A DNA stretch of 38,727 bases from NCBI GenBank assembly GCA_051942245.1, contig JAVECL010000183.1, positions 1-38,727 on the forward strand, written 5' to 3'. Position numbers and translations under genes: made by a program. The notes under the pieces are model-generated. The model saw only the letters and a program-made list of their open reading frames with translations. It did not search any database and was not told where the DNA came from. Numbering within the stretch: the stretch's first letter is position 1; each line of letters starts with the position of its first letter. Source of the DNA: Trypethelium eluteriae. Taxonomy: Eukaryota. Of this stretch, positions 22,172-34,425 are shown piece after piece.

Positions 22172-24461
22172 GAAAAAAAATGCCCTTGCTTCACTTATCT
22201 CCATCAGAAAGAGCGGGGCTTGAAGATAGGCGAACGATTGATCCTCACCAAATTTTGAAGGACGCTCTCCGGAAACATAGACGACTCTGTACCAGCGACT
22301 TGTCAATCTTGGAGCGAGAGCAAGCGACCTACATGATGCAGGTATGGCCACTTCCCAGAAGACGATCATACGAAATGATGCAATGGTCGAAGCTGTGGAC
22401 AACGGCTAATTCTTTAGGCAATGTGAAGATATTATAGCAGTCAACATCTAGCGGTCGCTCCCTTCTTGCACCCGGAGACCAGTGAAGTCGGTTGGGCCCA
22501 AGGCTCGTGGTGCCGTGTTCTATTGAAACCAGGGAAGATAGACATTCGGGCTCAAATTTGATAATTCTCTATCTCAAATATCCATCATCGAAACGGCGGA
22601 TACTTCAAGTTGCTGTTGTTCGATGTGCCACAGGCCAGTCATGTGTGGATACGAAGAAACCATGCTGAATATGATGCATCAATCTATTAGTCGTGATGAC
22701 GGAAGTGAGGGCATTCCCCTGATCTTGAGGAAAGGCGCCAGGCTTGATGATTCGCAAATCGGCTTTTCTATCTCAAGCCCTTGACGAGAGCTCGGGTACG
22801 GAGGTGCGTGAGCAAACATTGGTCATTGGTTGGCATGTAAATTACTTGCATTTGATCTCTCTACCAATCTTCCTGGCTTGAGCTGGCTATGATAGTATCC
22901 ATCCACGGAAGGACTGTATTCGGGTAGTACAGTTTATCTAGAGAAGTGTATTCCCATCAACAAGCCTTAGATGCTTCGCTCCATCGGAGGAAGGGGTGTA
23001 CCATCTCTTTCCATCCAAAAAGAAATTTATTGGCCTGAATTGCCATGCTAGCAAGCATCAATCAAAGAAGCGACTCATGAAGACAGCCTTCGAAGAGCTT
23101 GGCAAGCGGGATCCTCGTCTTCTGCAGTATAAATAGCTTGGATGAAAGATTCGTTTCAAATATCTCCAGGCCGAATCCAGACAAGACATGTATCGCTATA
23201 GATACTTGCCGATGACCTGACATTGTACCTCTTAGTACCTCCGGCGAAGGACCCAATCCACAAATCTTTCAGCAAAGATTTCGTCGGTGATGTCAAGTTT
23301 CAACTCAATGTATTCTGTCGGATTCCGACCTTAGAATACGTCGGCTCCTGACTTTTGCGCATGGGAGTGCCAAATCGTCCTCGAAATTCCGGCGCAATAG
23401 CGGTTTAAGCTTAGCTGCAAGCATGCGTAAGTAATGTGTAGCAAAGATGCCTTAATCTCTGCCGTGTTAGTCGAAAGTGGCCAGCGCTACATATCCTTGG
23501 TCCCCAACTCGCAGAGCCCACCTCGATCAAGATCTTGAAGTAAGGACGGGGTTGCATTTAGCTGCTGTGTAAGCTCCGAGAATATCGCGACATGGTCTTG
23601 GGCTGACTAGCGTGGTAAGACAGAGAAGAGTTATCTTCTAAACTCTAATGGCACAGGCCAGAGATGATATATGCCACACGGGCGGTACCTTTTCTTTCAA
23701 GCTTCCTCAAATGCAATGATTTAAAGTCCAGGAAATCACGCAACTTTGCGCTCGTCAAGGAGGAGAACCTGAGGATTCACTAAGACCAGTTGCTCAACAC
23801 AGCGTTTGCATCGTAACTTGACCGAGGCCATGACAGCGAATTGGGACGCCACCGAAAACTGGTTCCGAAATTTGTGGAACAATACCGGATATCAAATCAT
23901 TTGCTGTAAGCGTGTTCGGCGAAATGACTTCACTTTGGTGGCAATTGAGGAACGAACCAAAAGACCAGTCAGACGTATTCCAGACACCAAAACGTGAATG
24001 GGTTCGTGGAGTAAGTCACAGTCACGCAAAAGATCGAGGTAGACCTCGAAATTGGTCCAGGATGTCGGCGAATTACTCCCCCTGTCTCAGATGTTGGGTG
24101 ATTATCGGCACTAGCAATGATCAATGGCGCATTGGGAGGACAACCGCGAGACAGGTTGTACTTATGCGGCAAGAGAGCCGGAGGAGGCCGGATGAGCAAC
24201 GAACAGAGAAGATACAGCATCATTCCGTAATTACGGAGAATTCATGCATCTAGCCACGGGCTGCGGTATCTGCGCCTAGCACGTCCCTGCGACTGTATCG
24301 TCAAATCCGCCCAATCAAATGCTAAGGTAGCTTCGCATGGCCGCGGTGACAACGTGGGGAACTGTGGGGGCTGCAAAGGCTGCATATGCATATTTATTTT
24401 TCTGAGCAACAACGAGAGTAGGAAGTAGAGACAGTGTGGTCGAATGAAGAGACATTGCTTT

Positions 24462-25430
24462 CTTATCAAGAGCTACAGGGGTTGGGATGACACCTTCAAG
24501 GGTTGCTCGTGGGTGCTCAGTGAGGCTTTTTTCAATTCCTCTGATTGGTAGACAGCCCACTGAGGAATCTTGACATAATCCCTTCAATCAACACATCAAA
24601 CACGAACGTTATCGACCAACCCCAGGTCAAACTGCCTTTTCTGGGTTCTCCTAGCGGCGCAGTCCTATCATGAGGCTTCGATCGGGCTCAGGCCCTAGCA
24701 ATCCCACCACCGTGCTGGACGAGTCTGGAAGGCAACGGCTATCATGCCACAGGCATGCCCTGTGTTGCCATGACGCCCCAATCCGTCCCCATGCATCTCC
24801 GCTGCCCCCTGGGATCTGATCCACATCCCGTCTGTACGGTTGTAGGTGCCTCAAGGCTCTGCTGCTGTGGTACGGACAGCGGCGGGCGGCGGCGTTCAGA
24901 GCATGCGCGGTAGAGCACATAGCCGTAGCCATGTCTTGGCGTCGCGCACTTTGATAGTCGTCGAGTCTAGGGAATGGGATTGGAATGAGTGTTGGTTCTC
25001 GTTATCGCTTAGTCGAAAATTGCGACTGTTTCATAGTCACCGTGTTTCCCCAAATTCTTTTCTGTGCTTTTTGCTCTTGAGTTTAGCTTTGCACACTTCC
25101 TTCGTAGAAATCCTATATCTGTTTTTGGATCTTTGGACGCTCTACGTGTCTGATCTCAAGTACTTTGATCTTGAGAATCCAAAGGTGGAGACGATTTGGG
25201 AGAGAAAGAAGATCACTAGGCCTGGGCGTCGTCGAAATCCACGTTCTACATATCAGACACGAAAGCAGCCTTCTAGCTCACCTTCGAGATTTCAAGTCAA
25301 AAGAGGCTGCAAACGCTAAAATTGACAAAGAACTACGGCTGAGATTTTCAACGTGGAGTCCTTTGTCCCCTCGTCTCTACCGGCCTACATTCCTTCATTC
25401 TACTCATAGCATTTCTTCTTTCGCTTATCA
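24462..25430. promoter_or_regulatory. Cluster of HGATAR sites upstream of the ammonium transporter (candidate AreA/Nit2 nitrogen regulation)
   Basis: GATA sites at ~24462, 24609, 24665, 24952, 25002 and 25424. AreA control of fungal ammonium permeases is established; occupancy here is inferred. Confidence 0.4.
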
Positions 25431-25482
25431 CAAACCCTGAGTAGAAACGACTGTCAATCCCCGAAGTCAATTGAGATTCGCA

Positions 25483-27331
25483 ATGGGCTCCATCTCGGAT
25501 GGGTTACCTTACGTACCACTGGAGCCCTATAATGGTACTTCTCCTACTGGCGGTGACTCCGAAAATTATGACCTTAATGTCTTCTATGAAGTAAGCAGAC
25601 TTCCACTATTGTAAGCTTGAGCTTAATTCAAGACTGAATCTTCTTCCAGTCCGGCGATATAGCATGGATGATCACATCTACTGCCCTTGTATTACTCATG
25701 ATTCCTGGCGTTGGGTGAGGCTCCTCACTCTCACTGACCTACAAGAGCCCAAAGGCTAATAGCATCAATGAAGCTTCTTTTACTCCGGTCTTGCACGTCG
25801 CAAATCTGCACTCTCTCTGATCTGGCTTTCCATTATGGCCACAGCCGTCACGAGTTTTCAATGGTTCTTCTGGGGCTACTCTCTTGCCTTTAGCCACCAG
25901 GCTGGAAACTATATCGGTGCTCTCGATAATTTTGGACTCATGAATGTGTTGGGCCAGCCGTCTGTCGGAAGCCCTAAGATCCCTGATCTTCTTTTCGCTG
26001 TTTACCAAGGCATGTTCGCTGCGATCACCGTGGCACTCGCCGTTGGCGCAGCCGCCGAAAGGGGCCGTATGCTTCCATGTGTGGTTTTCATGTTCGTATG
26101 GAGCACTTTGATCTACGACCCCATCGCATGCTGGACTTGGAATCCAAGTGGATGGGTCAATCAACTCCACGGACTGGACTTTGCCGGTGGCACGCCGGTC
26201 CATATTTCTTCCGGATCTGCTGCCTTGGCATACTCTTTCATGCTTGGAAAGAGGACTGGGCACGGAACCCAGCAGTTAAATTATAGACCCCATAACGTCA
26301 CGCACATTGTCATCGGAACCGTATTTCTTTGGGTTGGCTGGTTCGGGTTCAATGCCGGGAGTGCGCTTGGTGCGAACCTCAGAGCGGTCATGGCAGCCGT
26401 AGTCACCAACTTGGCTGCATGCGTCGGAGGTATCGTTTGGTGTCTTGTGGATTTTCGTCTGGAGCATAAATGGAGCACGGTCGGCTTTTGTTCAGGAATC
26501 GTCGCTGGATTGGTCGCAATTACCCCCGGAAGTGGATATGTTCCCGCCTGGAGCGCCGTCATCTACGGAACCGTGGCCGGGCTGAGCTGCAATTATGCAA
26601 CGAAGCTTAAGTACCTTCTGAACTGTGATGATGCCTTGGACATTTTTGCCGTGCATGCTGTTGGAGGTCTGGTCGGTAACTTGTGCACTGGCTTGTTTGC
26701 CACGTAAGTTCAACCCTACAAGGGCTTTTCGGGGCCATGAGGGTGAGATACATACTAAAATTGTTCTCACAGGGACCACATCGCTCATCTTGATGGGACG
26801 ACACACATTCTTGGTGGATTCCTAGATCATCACTGGGTCCAACTAGCCATTCAGCTCCTTGATTCTGCCACTGGTTTCGCGTATTCATTTGGCGGCTCGA
26901 CCATCATTCTATTTTGTATCGATATGACCGGGAAGGTATGGACACCATTGAAGCTACGCGTAAGCGAATCAGACGAACTACTCGGTATCGACGACTGCGA
27001 GATTGGTGAATTTGCCGTGAGGCTCCCTATTTGAGCTATGCCACAATTTTCTTATGCTGATCATTTGCTGTAGTATGATTATGTAGAACTTACCCGCGAG
27101 GTCCAACCGCCTGATCTTTTTGCCGACGACACTGTCCATGTCAAAGAAGGCATCTCCAATAATGCCATTGAGCCCGAGTTTCTCAAACAGTCGACCAATC
27201 CGCGAAGCCCTTTCAACCAGAATCCGCCTGGTCATTTTGCCGGGCCTGGCCGTATACAAGATGGCGGATATGAGCAAGTAGGTAGTGCGTTCACTCCAGG
27301 TGGTGTACATGGCAACCCAACTGGGTACTGA
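25483..27331 (+). CDS. MEP2: Ammonium transporter (Amt/Mep family, twin-His Mep2/MepA-like), 534 aa
   Basis: Exons 25483-25590, 25650-25714, 25774-26703, 26773-27016 and 27074-27331 join in frame. LLMIPGVGFFYSGL, QWFFWGYSLAF, DFAGGTPVHI (His), WVGWFGFNAGS, DDALDIFAVHAVGG (His), ELLGIDDCEIGEFAYDY; N-terminal NGT sequon. The family call is firm; the exact orthologue is less certain. Confidence 0.93.
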
Positions 27332-28169
27332 ACAAGGGGCGCGTGCTTATTTCCTAGGATAGAAAGGAAGGGTCTAGAGCTTGGTACTTGTGTGTAAAGG
27401 GATCATTGTGCTTGGATAGGTACTAGAGGCCTAGAGGATTAGGCTCACCCAAATGGGAATCGTTGTACTGTATACTAGTAGATCAATATCTGTCAAAACG
27501 TTCCTGAGTATCAAGCTCGACTGCCTTTGTCGGCATTGCCCCCAATGTTAATGGAGGTGCGGAATACTGGCTAATCTTTCTGCGACTGAGCAGCTGCAGG
27601 GGTGACATCCGTTCTTTTCTGTGTGTGTTCCGATTTCCGCACTGGAAGCTAGGACCTTGTTATGATGGATGGCATACGTACTCAAATGATAGAGAAAAAC
27701 ATGTCTCGAAGATACAAGCATTTTGGTGGTATGTACCAGGCTCGGCCAGAAAGTAAAAAATGAAAAATGGCGCTAAGTGTCAAAGGTAAATATATTTGCT
27801 AGTACCTGTTCTACCCATGGGATGGCGTTACATTGATCGAGCTAGTTCTTATAATTTCAATATTCATTGCCTTTCGATATATATTGCATTTGGAGGTGGC
27901 AACTCATTGCTCGCAAATATGGGGGGGAAAAGTTATCATAGATGAGAGCTTGCTTGACCGTAGAGATGGGAGGAGAGGGAGAGTGTGGAGAGGTGGAAGA
28001 GAAGCGGGTCGACGTCATTCGATGCCCAAAACAACGCGACTCGCATAGGTAAGGTAAGATAGGTTCAGCTTCAACTACAACTCCGCTGGTTCACCAATCA
28101 ACCACTTACTTCGAGCTTCAGCCATTCGGTAGGCAACAAAAGCCCTATCACTTCCATCGACTTGGCGAC

Positions 28170-29692
28170 ATGGCAGCCTCCCCAGGCTCGCCTCGAGGCA
28201 TTCCGCCTCCAGCGGATGGCCTGTCTGCTGCGCGCGTTGCCTTCCCGCGCACCATGGAAGAATTCGAAAACGACTCGCGCGTCTCCTTCAGCAAGCTAGA
28301 TAACAAATATATACTCGAGGAGGATGATGGTAGCGAGTGGGAATGGCAGGCTGGTGTGGGATCCAATGCTGCCATGGGCGAGGGAAGATGGGTCCCCTTG
28401 GTGAGTACACAATTCTACAAACGCTGTCGCCATCAGCGCCAGGCTTGCTTTAGCATTGCTTGCCTTGGATCCGCTCAGTTCATACTCTGACAGTCTTGTA
28501 ATAGGTCGATGCAGACCTTCTAGAGCGGCAACAACAGGCTTACGCAGCTCCAGAAGTCAGCGAGAAAGCTGACACTGCCAATGACAAAAAGCGCAAGCAC
28601 TCCAGTGGAGATGGAGCTGTAAGTTGCGTGCTTGCTCTCCTCCTATATTGCCTGATACACCGTGCTTTTTCCTCCCTAGCCAGTCATAATGACTCAAGAA
28701 TCTTCAAATTCCTAGACCAGCCAAGCCAAACAGCATAAGGCCGCTTCCACCACCCGCCAACGCAAGAACACTGCCATCTATATCTCAAAGCTCCCCCTCG
28801 ACACCGATGAGGAAGAGGTGCGAAGCACTTTCTCCCGCTTTGGAATCATCGCCGACGAGATCGATAGCGGCAAACCGCGCATTAAGCTTTACACTGATGA
28901 TAACGGAAAATTCAAAGGCGATGCGCTGGTAGTTTACTTCAAACCCGAAAGCATCCAAATTGCTATCGACATGATGGATCGTGCTCAGTTCCGACCGGGC
29001 GTGAATGGTACAGAAGTCGGCGTTAAGGAAGCCGATTTCAGCTACAAGAGGGTGAAGACAACTGACGCAGAGGACAAGCTGGATGCGAACAACGCAGGGA
29101 AAGATCCAAAGAACAAGGCACATACCAATAAGGACATTCAGAAGATCAAGAAGAGGACGCAAGCGATGAACAATAAGCTAGCAGACTGGGATGATGATGA
29201 TCCGCAAGTCATGCCTGAGACGAGTTCGCGCTTCGATAAGGTAGTTGTGATGAAGCACATGTTCACATTGGATGAGCTCGCAGAGGATTCGAGCGCGGTC
29301 TTAGATATTAAAGAGGATGTCCGTGAGGAGTGTGCCAAGTTAGGAGATGTCACAAATGTGGTACTTTACGATCGGGAACCAGATGGTGTCATCACCGTGA
29401 GGTTTGGCAACGCTGAGGCGGCTAAGGCCTGCGTGAGGGTAAGTCGGGTTATCCCTCTAGACTTTCCAACCCGATATAGGAGATTGCCCTGCTAACGGAA
29501 ACCCAGAAAATGGATGGGCGGTATTTCTCAATGCAGACGGTTGAGGCATATATTGCCACTGGTCCGGAGAAGTTCAAAAAGAGCGCCAAGAAGGCTGGAC
29601 CAAATGATGAGGATGAGGATACCCGGCTGGATGAATTTGGGGATTGGTTGGAAGAAGGTCATGATACCAAACTGGGCGACGAGATCAGGTGA
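28170..29692 (+). CDS. CUS2: U2 snRNP-associated splicing factor Cus2/Tat-SF1 (HTATSF1/Uap2), RRM + UHM, 417 aa
   Basis: Exons 28170-28400, 28505-28618, 28716-29438 and 29507-29692 join in frame. NTAIYISKLPLD, KPRIKLYTDDNGKFKGDALVVYFKPESI, KLADWDDDD, VVVMKHMFTLDEL, DIKEDVREECAKLGDV, MDGRYF. Confidence 0.92.
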
Positions 29693-29906
29693 AAAATGGG
29701 TTGATGAAATGGTGACGAGGAAACCCCAAATCTGAGAATTGACTGTACGAGTGACCGAACCGATGTCACAGCAGATTAAGAACTCTCAGTGCCTTGAAAT
29801 CCAGGCTGCATTAACATTGCCTTGCGACATTCGCTGTAGGTCGTGGTGAGATTGAGCCACTTCCAGTCGAGCTCTTCGAGTCTAGATTATTGTCGTCGCT
29901 GGGAAA

Positions 29907-30517
29907 ATGAGGAATGGAATCCCTGACCCTTCCCATGCCTCCACGGCCCTCCTACGGAGTGATGGGCTTGACAAAAACTGCCTTTACGTCCTTCATCCAC
30001 CCACTATTGACAAATTTCTGGATGATGTCCTGATCATTATGCTGCTGAAAAGCTTGTTTCGATTTGTACCGCTCGAAGAAGTGAAATATACTCGGATCAT
30101 CAGTGTCGCGTGACAGACAGTAATATACGACGCCTTCCTCGGCCTGGGCTAGTCTAGTCGTTTCTTTGTAGACTGCTTCAACCTTGTCGGCGTGTTCGGG
30201 GACGGCGAAAACCTGAGAGCTACGTCAAAATGGTGGGTATTTGAGAAGCGCCGCGACAGTGAGGCAGTTATTGAGAAAGGGCATGGAGAGCTTTACAGTG
30301 CCATATACACAGAATTCGCCCTCAGGGATATTGTATGAGTCGTTGTCCTTCTCGTCCTTGTCGGTCATTTCTGTGTTCTAATAGTCCGAAGTCAATACAT
30401 GAGATGAGTACAGAATGGTACAAATTGTGGCGCACCAACGAGGCGTTGTTGTCTGATACTCAGCCGAGACACGCCTTGGCACACGATAAGGCTACCTATC
30501 TTCACGGCTTGACTTAA
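29907..30517 (+). pseudogene. Possible decayed gene between CUS2 and ALDH
   Basis: The 68-aa ORF continues past TGA 30111 as QTVIYDAFLGLG*SSRFFVDCFNLVGVFGDGET*. A shifted frame (WWVFEKRRDSEAVIEKGHGELYSAIYTEFALRDI) ends at a GTATGA..CTAAT..AAG intron (30333-30391) that joins in frame to SIHEMSTEWYKLWR. Confidence 0.25.
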
Positions 30518-30840
30518 TTTTGCCGAAACAGCCTCAAAACTGTCAGTGACGACTACGCACAACTCGACGGTGAAAAAGGAATGTCTGATCTGGCGAGACT
30601 GACGTCGGTAGTCCTCGTGGAAGATGCACACGCACACTTGCAAAGAGACTAATTTAGACCGGTCCCAATTGTTGACAATGGATCTCTAGTTTGCTGTCAA
30701 GATATCTAGTCATTCAAGGCTTTTCAATACTATCTTGTCCTCCAGTGTACTAATAGCTACAGAGTTGACTCTGGTCCGTGGATTATACTCAGGTCAATCA
30801 CTAGAACACTGATAAAGGTTCTCTCAGATTTGTTGACCTA

Positions 30841-32421
30841 CTATTGCAGGTGCGCCGCCACAGCTACTGGTTTTACCTCTTCGCTTACCTTGATCATGAC
30901 AGACTTGGTCTCCAAGAAGTTCTCAAGACTATAACCGGCGAAGCCTTCTCGGCCCTGACCACTTCCCTTCCATCCTCCAAATGGCATGTCGGAACCGCGA
31001 GCTGGACTGGTGCAGTTGACCCCGATAGAGCCTGCCTCCAAAGCCTTTGAGACTCTCATAGCCCGACTGAGATCTTCCGTGTATACGCTCGCGTATAGTC
31101 CATATTCAGTATCGTTGGCTTTTTCGATCGCCTCTTGCTCAGTCTTAAAGGTATTGATGTGTACTACAGGACCGAAGATCTCTTCTTTCATCGTCTTCGC
31201 ATCCTCGGGTGTATTCGTAAACACGGTGGGCTCAATGAAGAAACCGTTACCTCCTTCCATTTTGACAACGTTCCCACCAAATTCAAGTTTCCCTTTTCCA
31301 GCCTTGCCGGCCTCGAGATAGTCCTTCACCCTATTGTACTGAATGTCGTCGGCCTGTGGGCCCTGATCCGTTGTCGGGTCCAAAGGATCCCCTCTCTTCT
31401 TTTCCTGGAACGCCTTCGCAAAAGCGGCTTGAAATTCCTCCGCCACACTCTCGTGCACGTAAATCCTACTATTAGCAATACATACCTGGCCCGAGATAAG
31501 ACTCATACTGAACTGCGTCTCCACTGCCGCCTTCGCCAAGTCCGCATCCGGAAATATCAGTGATGGACTCTTTCCCCCAAGCTCCAACACCACCCTCTTG
31601 AGATTCGACTTCGCTCCCAGCTCCTGCACCCGTCGCCCCGTCGCCGTACTCCCGGTAAAAGTCATACACCTCACATCCATATGCGACGCCAGCGCCTCCC
31701 CTCCCGGCCTCCCATGCCCACTCACCACATTGACCACTCCCGGCGGGAACCCCGCCTCCTTAATCAACATCGCAAGCCACAGACTCGACAGCGGCGCCTT
31801 CTCACTACTCTTCAGCACCACCGTACACCCCGCCGCCAACGCCGGCGCCACCTTCATCCCAAACATGATAACGGGCGCATTCCAGGGGATGATGGCAGCG
31901 ACGACGCCAATCGGCTGCTTCAGCACGAGGTTGAGCATGCCCGCGGTGTGCAGCGAGGAGCTGCCCTGGGCGAGCCAGCCCTCGGCGGCGAACTGGCTGA
32001 ACTCGGAGGCGCAGCTCGCGGCGTCGAAGTAGGAGGAGACGGGGCGTCCCATGCAGCTGGCGTCGAGGTGGGAGAGGGGCTCGTGGGCGGCTTGGATGAG
32101 GCCTGCGAGCCGCGAGAGGTGCGCGCCTCGAGCGGCTGGGGAGAGGGCGGACCACGCCGGAAAAGCGGCTTTGGCGGCGGAGACGGCGGTGTTGATGTCC
32201 GTGGTTGTTGCTTCGGATACTAGGTGAAGGAGTGGATGAGCATTAAGTGCGGGGTGAAGGGGTGAAGATGGAGATGAGTAAGGGAAAGACATACCGTGAG
32301 CGACGGTTTCGTGGTTGTATGGGGACTTGACTTCGAAAGTTCCGCCGTCTGATGAAGGGACAAACTCGCCATTGATGAAATGGCGGGTTTCGCACTTCTT
32401 TACTGCGTCTGGCATGCCCAT
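30841..32421 (-). CDS. NAD(P)+-dependent aldehyde dehydrogenase, 501 aa after splicing
   Basis: Exons 32421-32295 and 32219-30841; the 75-nt intron GTATGT...TAG is in frame. Motifs FINGEFV, AAIIPWN, VLKSSEKAP, FTGSTATG, LELGGKSP (catalytic Glu), SGQVCIANSR (catalytic Cys), EEIFGPV, PFGGWKGSGQGRE. Confidence 0.95.
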   Translation of the reverse strand: MGMPDAVKKCETRHFINGEFVPSSDGGTFEVKSPYNHETVAHGMSFPYSSPSSPLHPALNAHPLLHLVSEATTTDINTAVSAAKAAFPAWSALSPAARGAHLSRLAGLIQAAHEPLSHLDASCMGRPVSSYFDAASCASEFSQFAAEGWLAQGSSSLHTAGMLNLVLKQPIGVVAAIIPWNAPVIMFGMKVAPALAAGCTVVLKSSEKAPLSSLWLAMLIKEAGFPPGVVNVVSGHGRPGGEALASHMDVRCMTFTGSTATGRRVQELGAKSNLKRVVLELGGKSPSLIFPDADLAKAAVETQFSMSLISGQVCIANSRIYVHESVAEEFQAAFAKAFQEKKRGDPLDPTTDQGPQADDIQYNRVKDYLEAGKAGKGKLEFGGNVVKMEGGNGFFIEPTVFTNTPEDAKTMKEEIFGPVVHINTFKTEQEAIEKANDTEYGLYASVYTEDLSRAMRVSKALEAGSIGVNCTSPARGSDMPFGGWKGSGQGREGFAGYSLENFLETKSVMIKVSEEVKPVAVAAHLQ

Positions 32422-33085
32422 TGTGAAGAGATTGGTGTCAAGATCAGAACGGAATGGAGTAATAACTGGACCACTGCTGTAGTGAAGAGGAGAAGAACGA
32501 GAACTGACAAAGGAAAAAGGTATACTCTGAGCATTGTCATCTACCGGATTACGATCTACTAGGGATCAACGGCGAAGCTCTTCGGGTTAGCAGCTACGCG
32601 ATTTCCCCTCTCAACACGCAGTGTTCCGAGACTTACACTGGGACTAGATTTGAAGCTGAGGGGCCACGGAGGGGTGCAGATTTTTGGGTCCATTACTGCG
32701 ATATAGATCCTATCAGCTTTTAGCATGCACGCTAAGCTTTTCGGGATGGTTCTAGGCCTCGCAGGAAAAAGGGATATCCAAATGGAAGAGAAAGCCTAGA
32801 GATTGTAATCGAGGAAGGCATTGACGATAGGCTGGAAGAAGCATAGCGAGAACAGTGAAAGCATGTTCACAGACGACCTATCGTTCGCACAGATTGCCAG
32901 ATCTGGCGAACTAGACAAATCATTAATAAGAGCCACGAAGAGGTGGAAGGAAGCGGGAACAGGGTTGACAGAGAAAACGGCATGCACAAGTTAACCCATC
33001 TATCATTATATAATGAATCCTTTTCTCTTTTCTAGGAAAAAGGGGAAAAATTAGCTTCCAACTTGAACTCTCATGTCATGGAGCT

Positions 33086-33163
33086 AGGTCACGTGAACCC
33101 ATGTCGAGATGAGCGGGATGGGCATGAAACCGGGAGGGACTTCCTAAACGAGAGGTCACGTGA
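33086..33163. promoter_or_regulatory. Paired bHLH E-boxes (AGGTCACGTGA x2)
   Basis: Identical 11-mers at 33086-33096 and 33153-33163 containing RTCACGTG (Cbf1-type E-box), in the divergent intergenic region between ALDH and paralog C. Confidence 0.5.
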
Positions 33164-34352
33164 TGTATTACATGAGATGGTTTTGTGCACGGATACCTAT
33201 GCACATGCACCTACCTAGATTAGGTAAGCTCGTTGCATGTGTGTAGCTGTGGACATCTGTTCACATCCACCGCGTGTTACGGAGTACTTTCGTCTTAACT
33301 AGCTGCATCTCTGGCATATGCTGTTAATGAATTGTATTCTTAGAGGAGGTAAATTAGGTACCAACCCAGTGCAGCCGCTCTTACTCGCTGAGGCCCCCCT
33401 CGGTGCCTCATTGCAGTGTGCCGTTTTTTACCCGCGTGGTCAGGGCCGGGGCGCTTAGGGCCGCGAATCCTCATCGTTGAAGCCCTTAGATCGCTTTAAT
33501 CTGTGCCCTGCATGCCAAGATTCTCCCGCGCAGCGTCGCTAGTGGTGGTCAGAACGGTTGCGATGAGAATTGCATGGGGCGAAGACGAGAAGGAGTGATT
33601 ATGTACACTTCGGGGGCCAAAATGTTGCGCTAAAAGCAATATACATAACCTCGCCTGGGTCCGAGCAAGCCGGATCGGTCGAGGTTTTGTATCTTTAACA
33701 CATCCTCCAACAGCTTTCCAGCCGTTCTCTTTGGCGCTGATCTTTTCTCTTCTCAGATTTGCAGAGGTTTTGGGTGCATGCCATGCTCCGTCCATACTTG
33801 AGACGAGAATTACGTGATGGCACGGTTGAGGGGCGTTGTTTGCATGACTTGACGCGGGTAAACTCCTCACACCAGACTTGGATCAACCCGCACTCTTCCA
33901 AATGGAAAGCAAATGTCCAGCCTTGTTCCGCTTTTGTGTGGCCACATGGCGTTGCTTGCAAAGGCTGACGGAATCCGATGCTGGAAGTCATCTTACTTCT
34001 CGCATAGGATTACTGGTGCTCGTACTGGTGGTGGTTCAGCTGACTCCGCCACCCACCTATCCTCGCTTGAAAGTTGCTAATCACCAAACTTACTTGCTCT
34101 CTGCCCTTTGGTCCAAGCTCGTCGTTGTGGCATCGAGACTTTGCAATGCCTCATGTCTCATGTCTTCAGCCTGGTGCCACAAATGGGAATCGTCGCCCAG
34201 TCCAGAAAATGGCGCCCGTCAGCCCTGCCGTAGCATGAATCACACATCCACTGGCCCGTGGTTGTCAGCGTTCTCTTAACGTTTCCGAATAGGTTCTGGC
34301 TCTATCTTGTTGGGAACTTTGCTTCTGCCAGAGCTGTGCGTAAAGTATGCAA

Positions 34353-34358
34353 TATAAA
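34353..34358 (+). promoter_or_regulatory. Probable TATA box of F-box-like gene C
   Basis: TATAAA ~70 nt upstream of ATG 34426. Confidence 0.4.
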
Positions 34359-34425
34359 TCCATCTTGGCGCTCTACATAGAGCTCTTGTTGGCCGCGGCT
34401 ACATCTCTCTCAAGAGTCTTCAACC

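Noticed and set aside
22168..22437. ORF overlapping the PMU1-like stop (ATGA), resembling translational coupling
   Set aside because: Eukaryotic context, no motif, and it lies in the expected 3' UTR.
22440..24600. Protein-like fragments (e.g. 23806-23997) in the long gap before the Mep gene
   Set aside because: I could not assemble a consistent frame or splice pattern. An old relic is possible but cannot be supported.
30838..30855. Peroxisomal PTS1 or readthrough at the ALDH C-terminus (AHLQ)
   Set aside because: AHL is not terminal, and the stop is a double TAG TAG.
32220..32294. 25-aa insertion in the ALDH N-terminus shown by the ORF track
   Set aside because: It is a GTATGT...TAG intron of 3n length; removing it restores a normal ALDH sequence.
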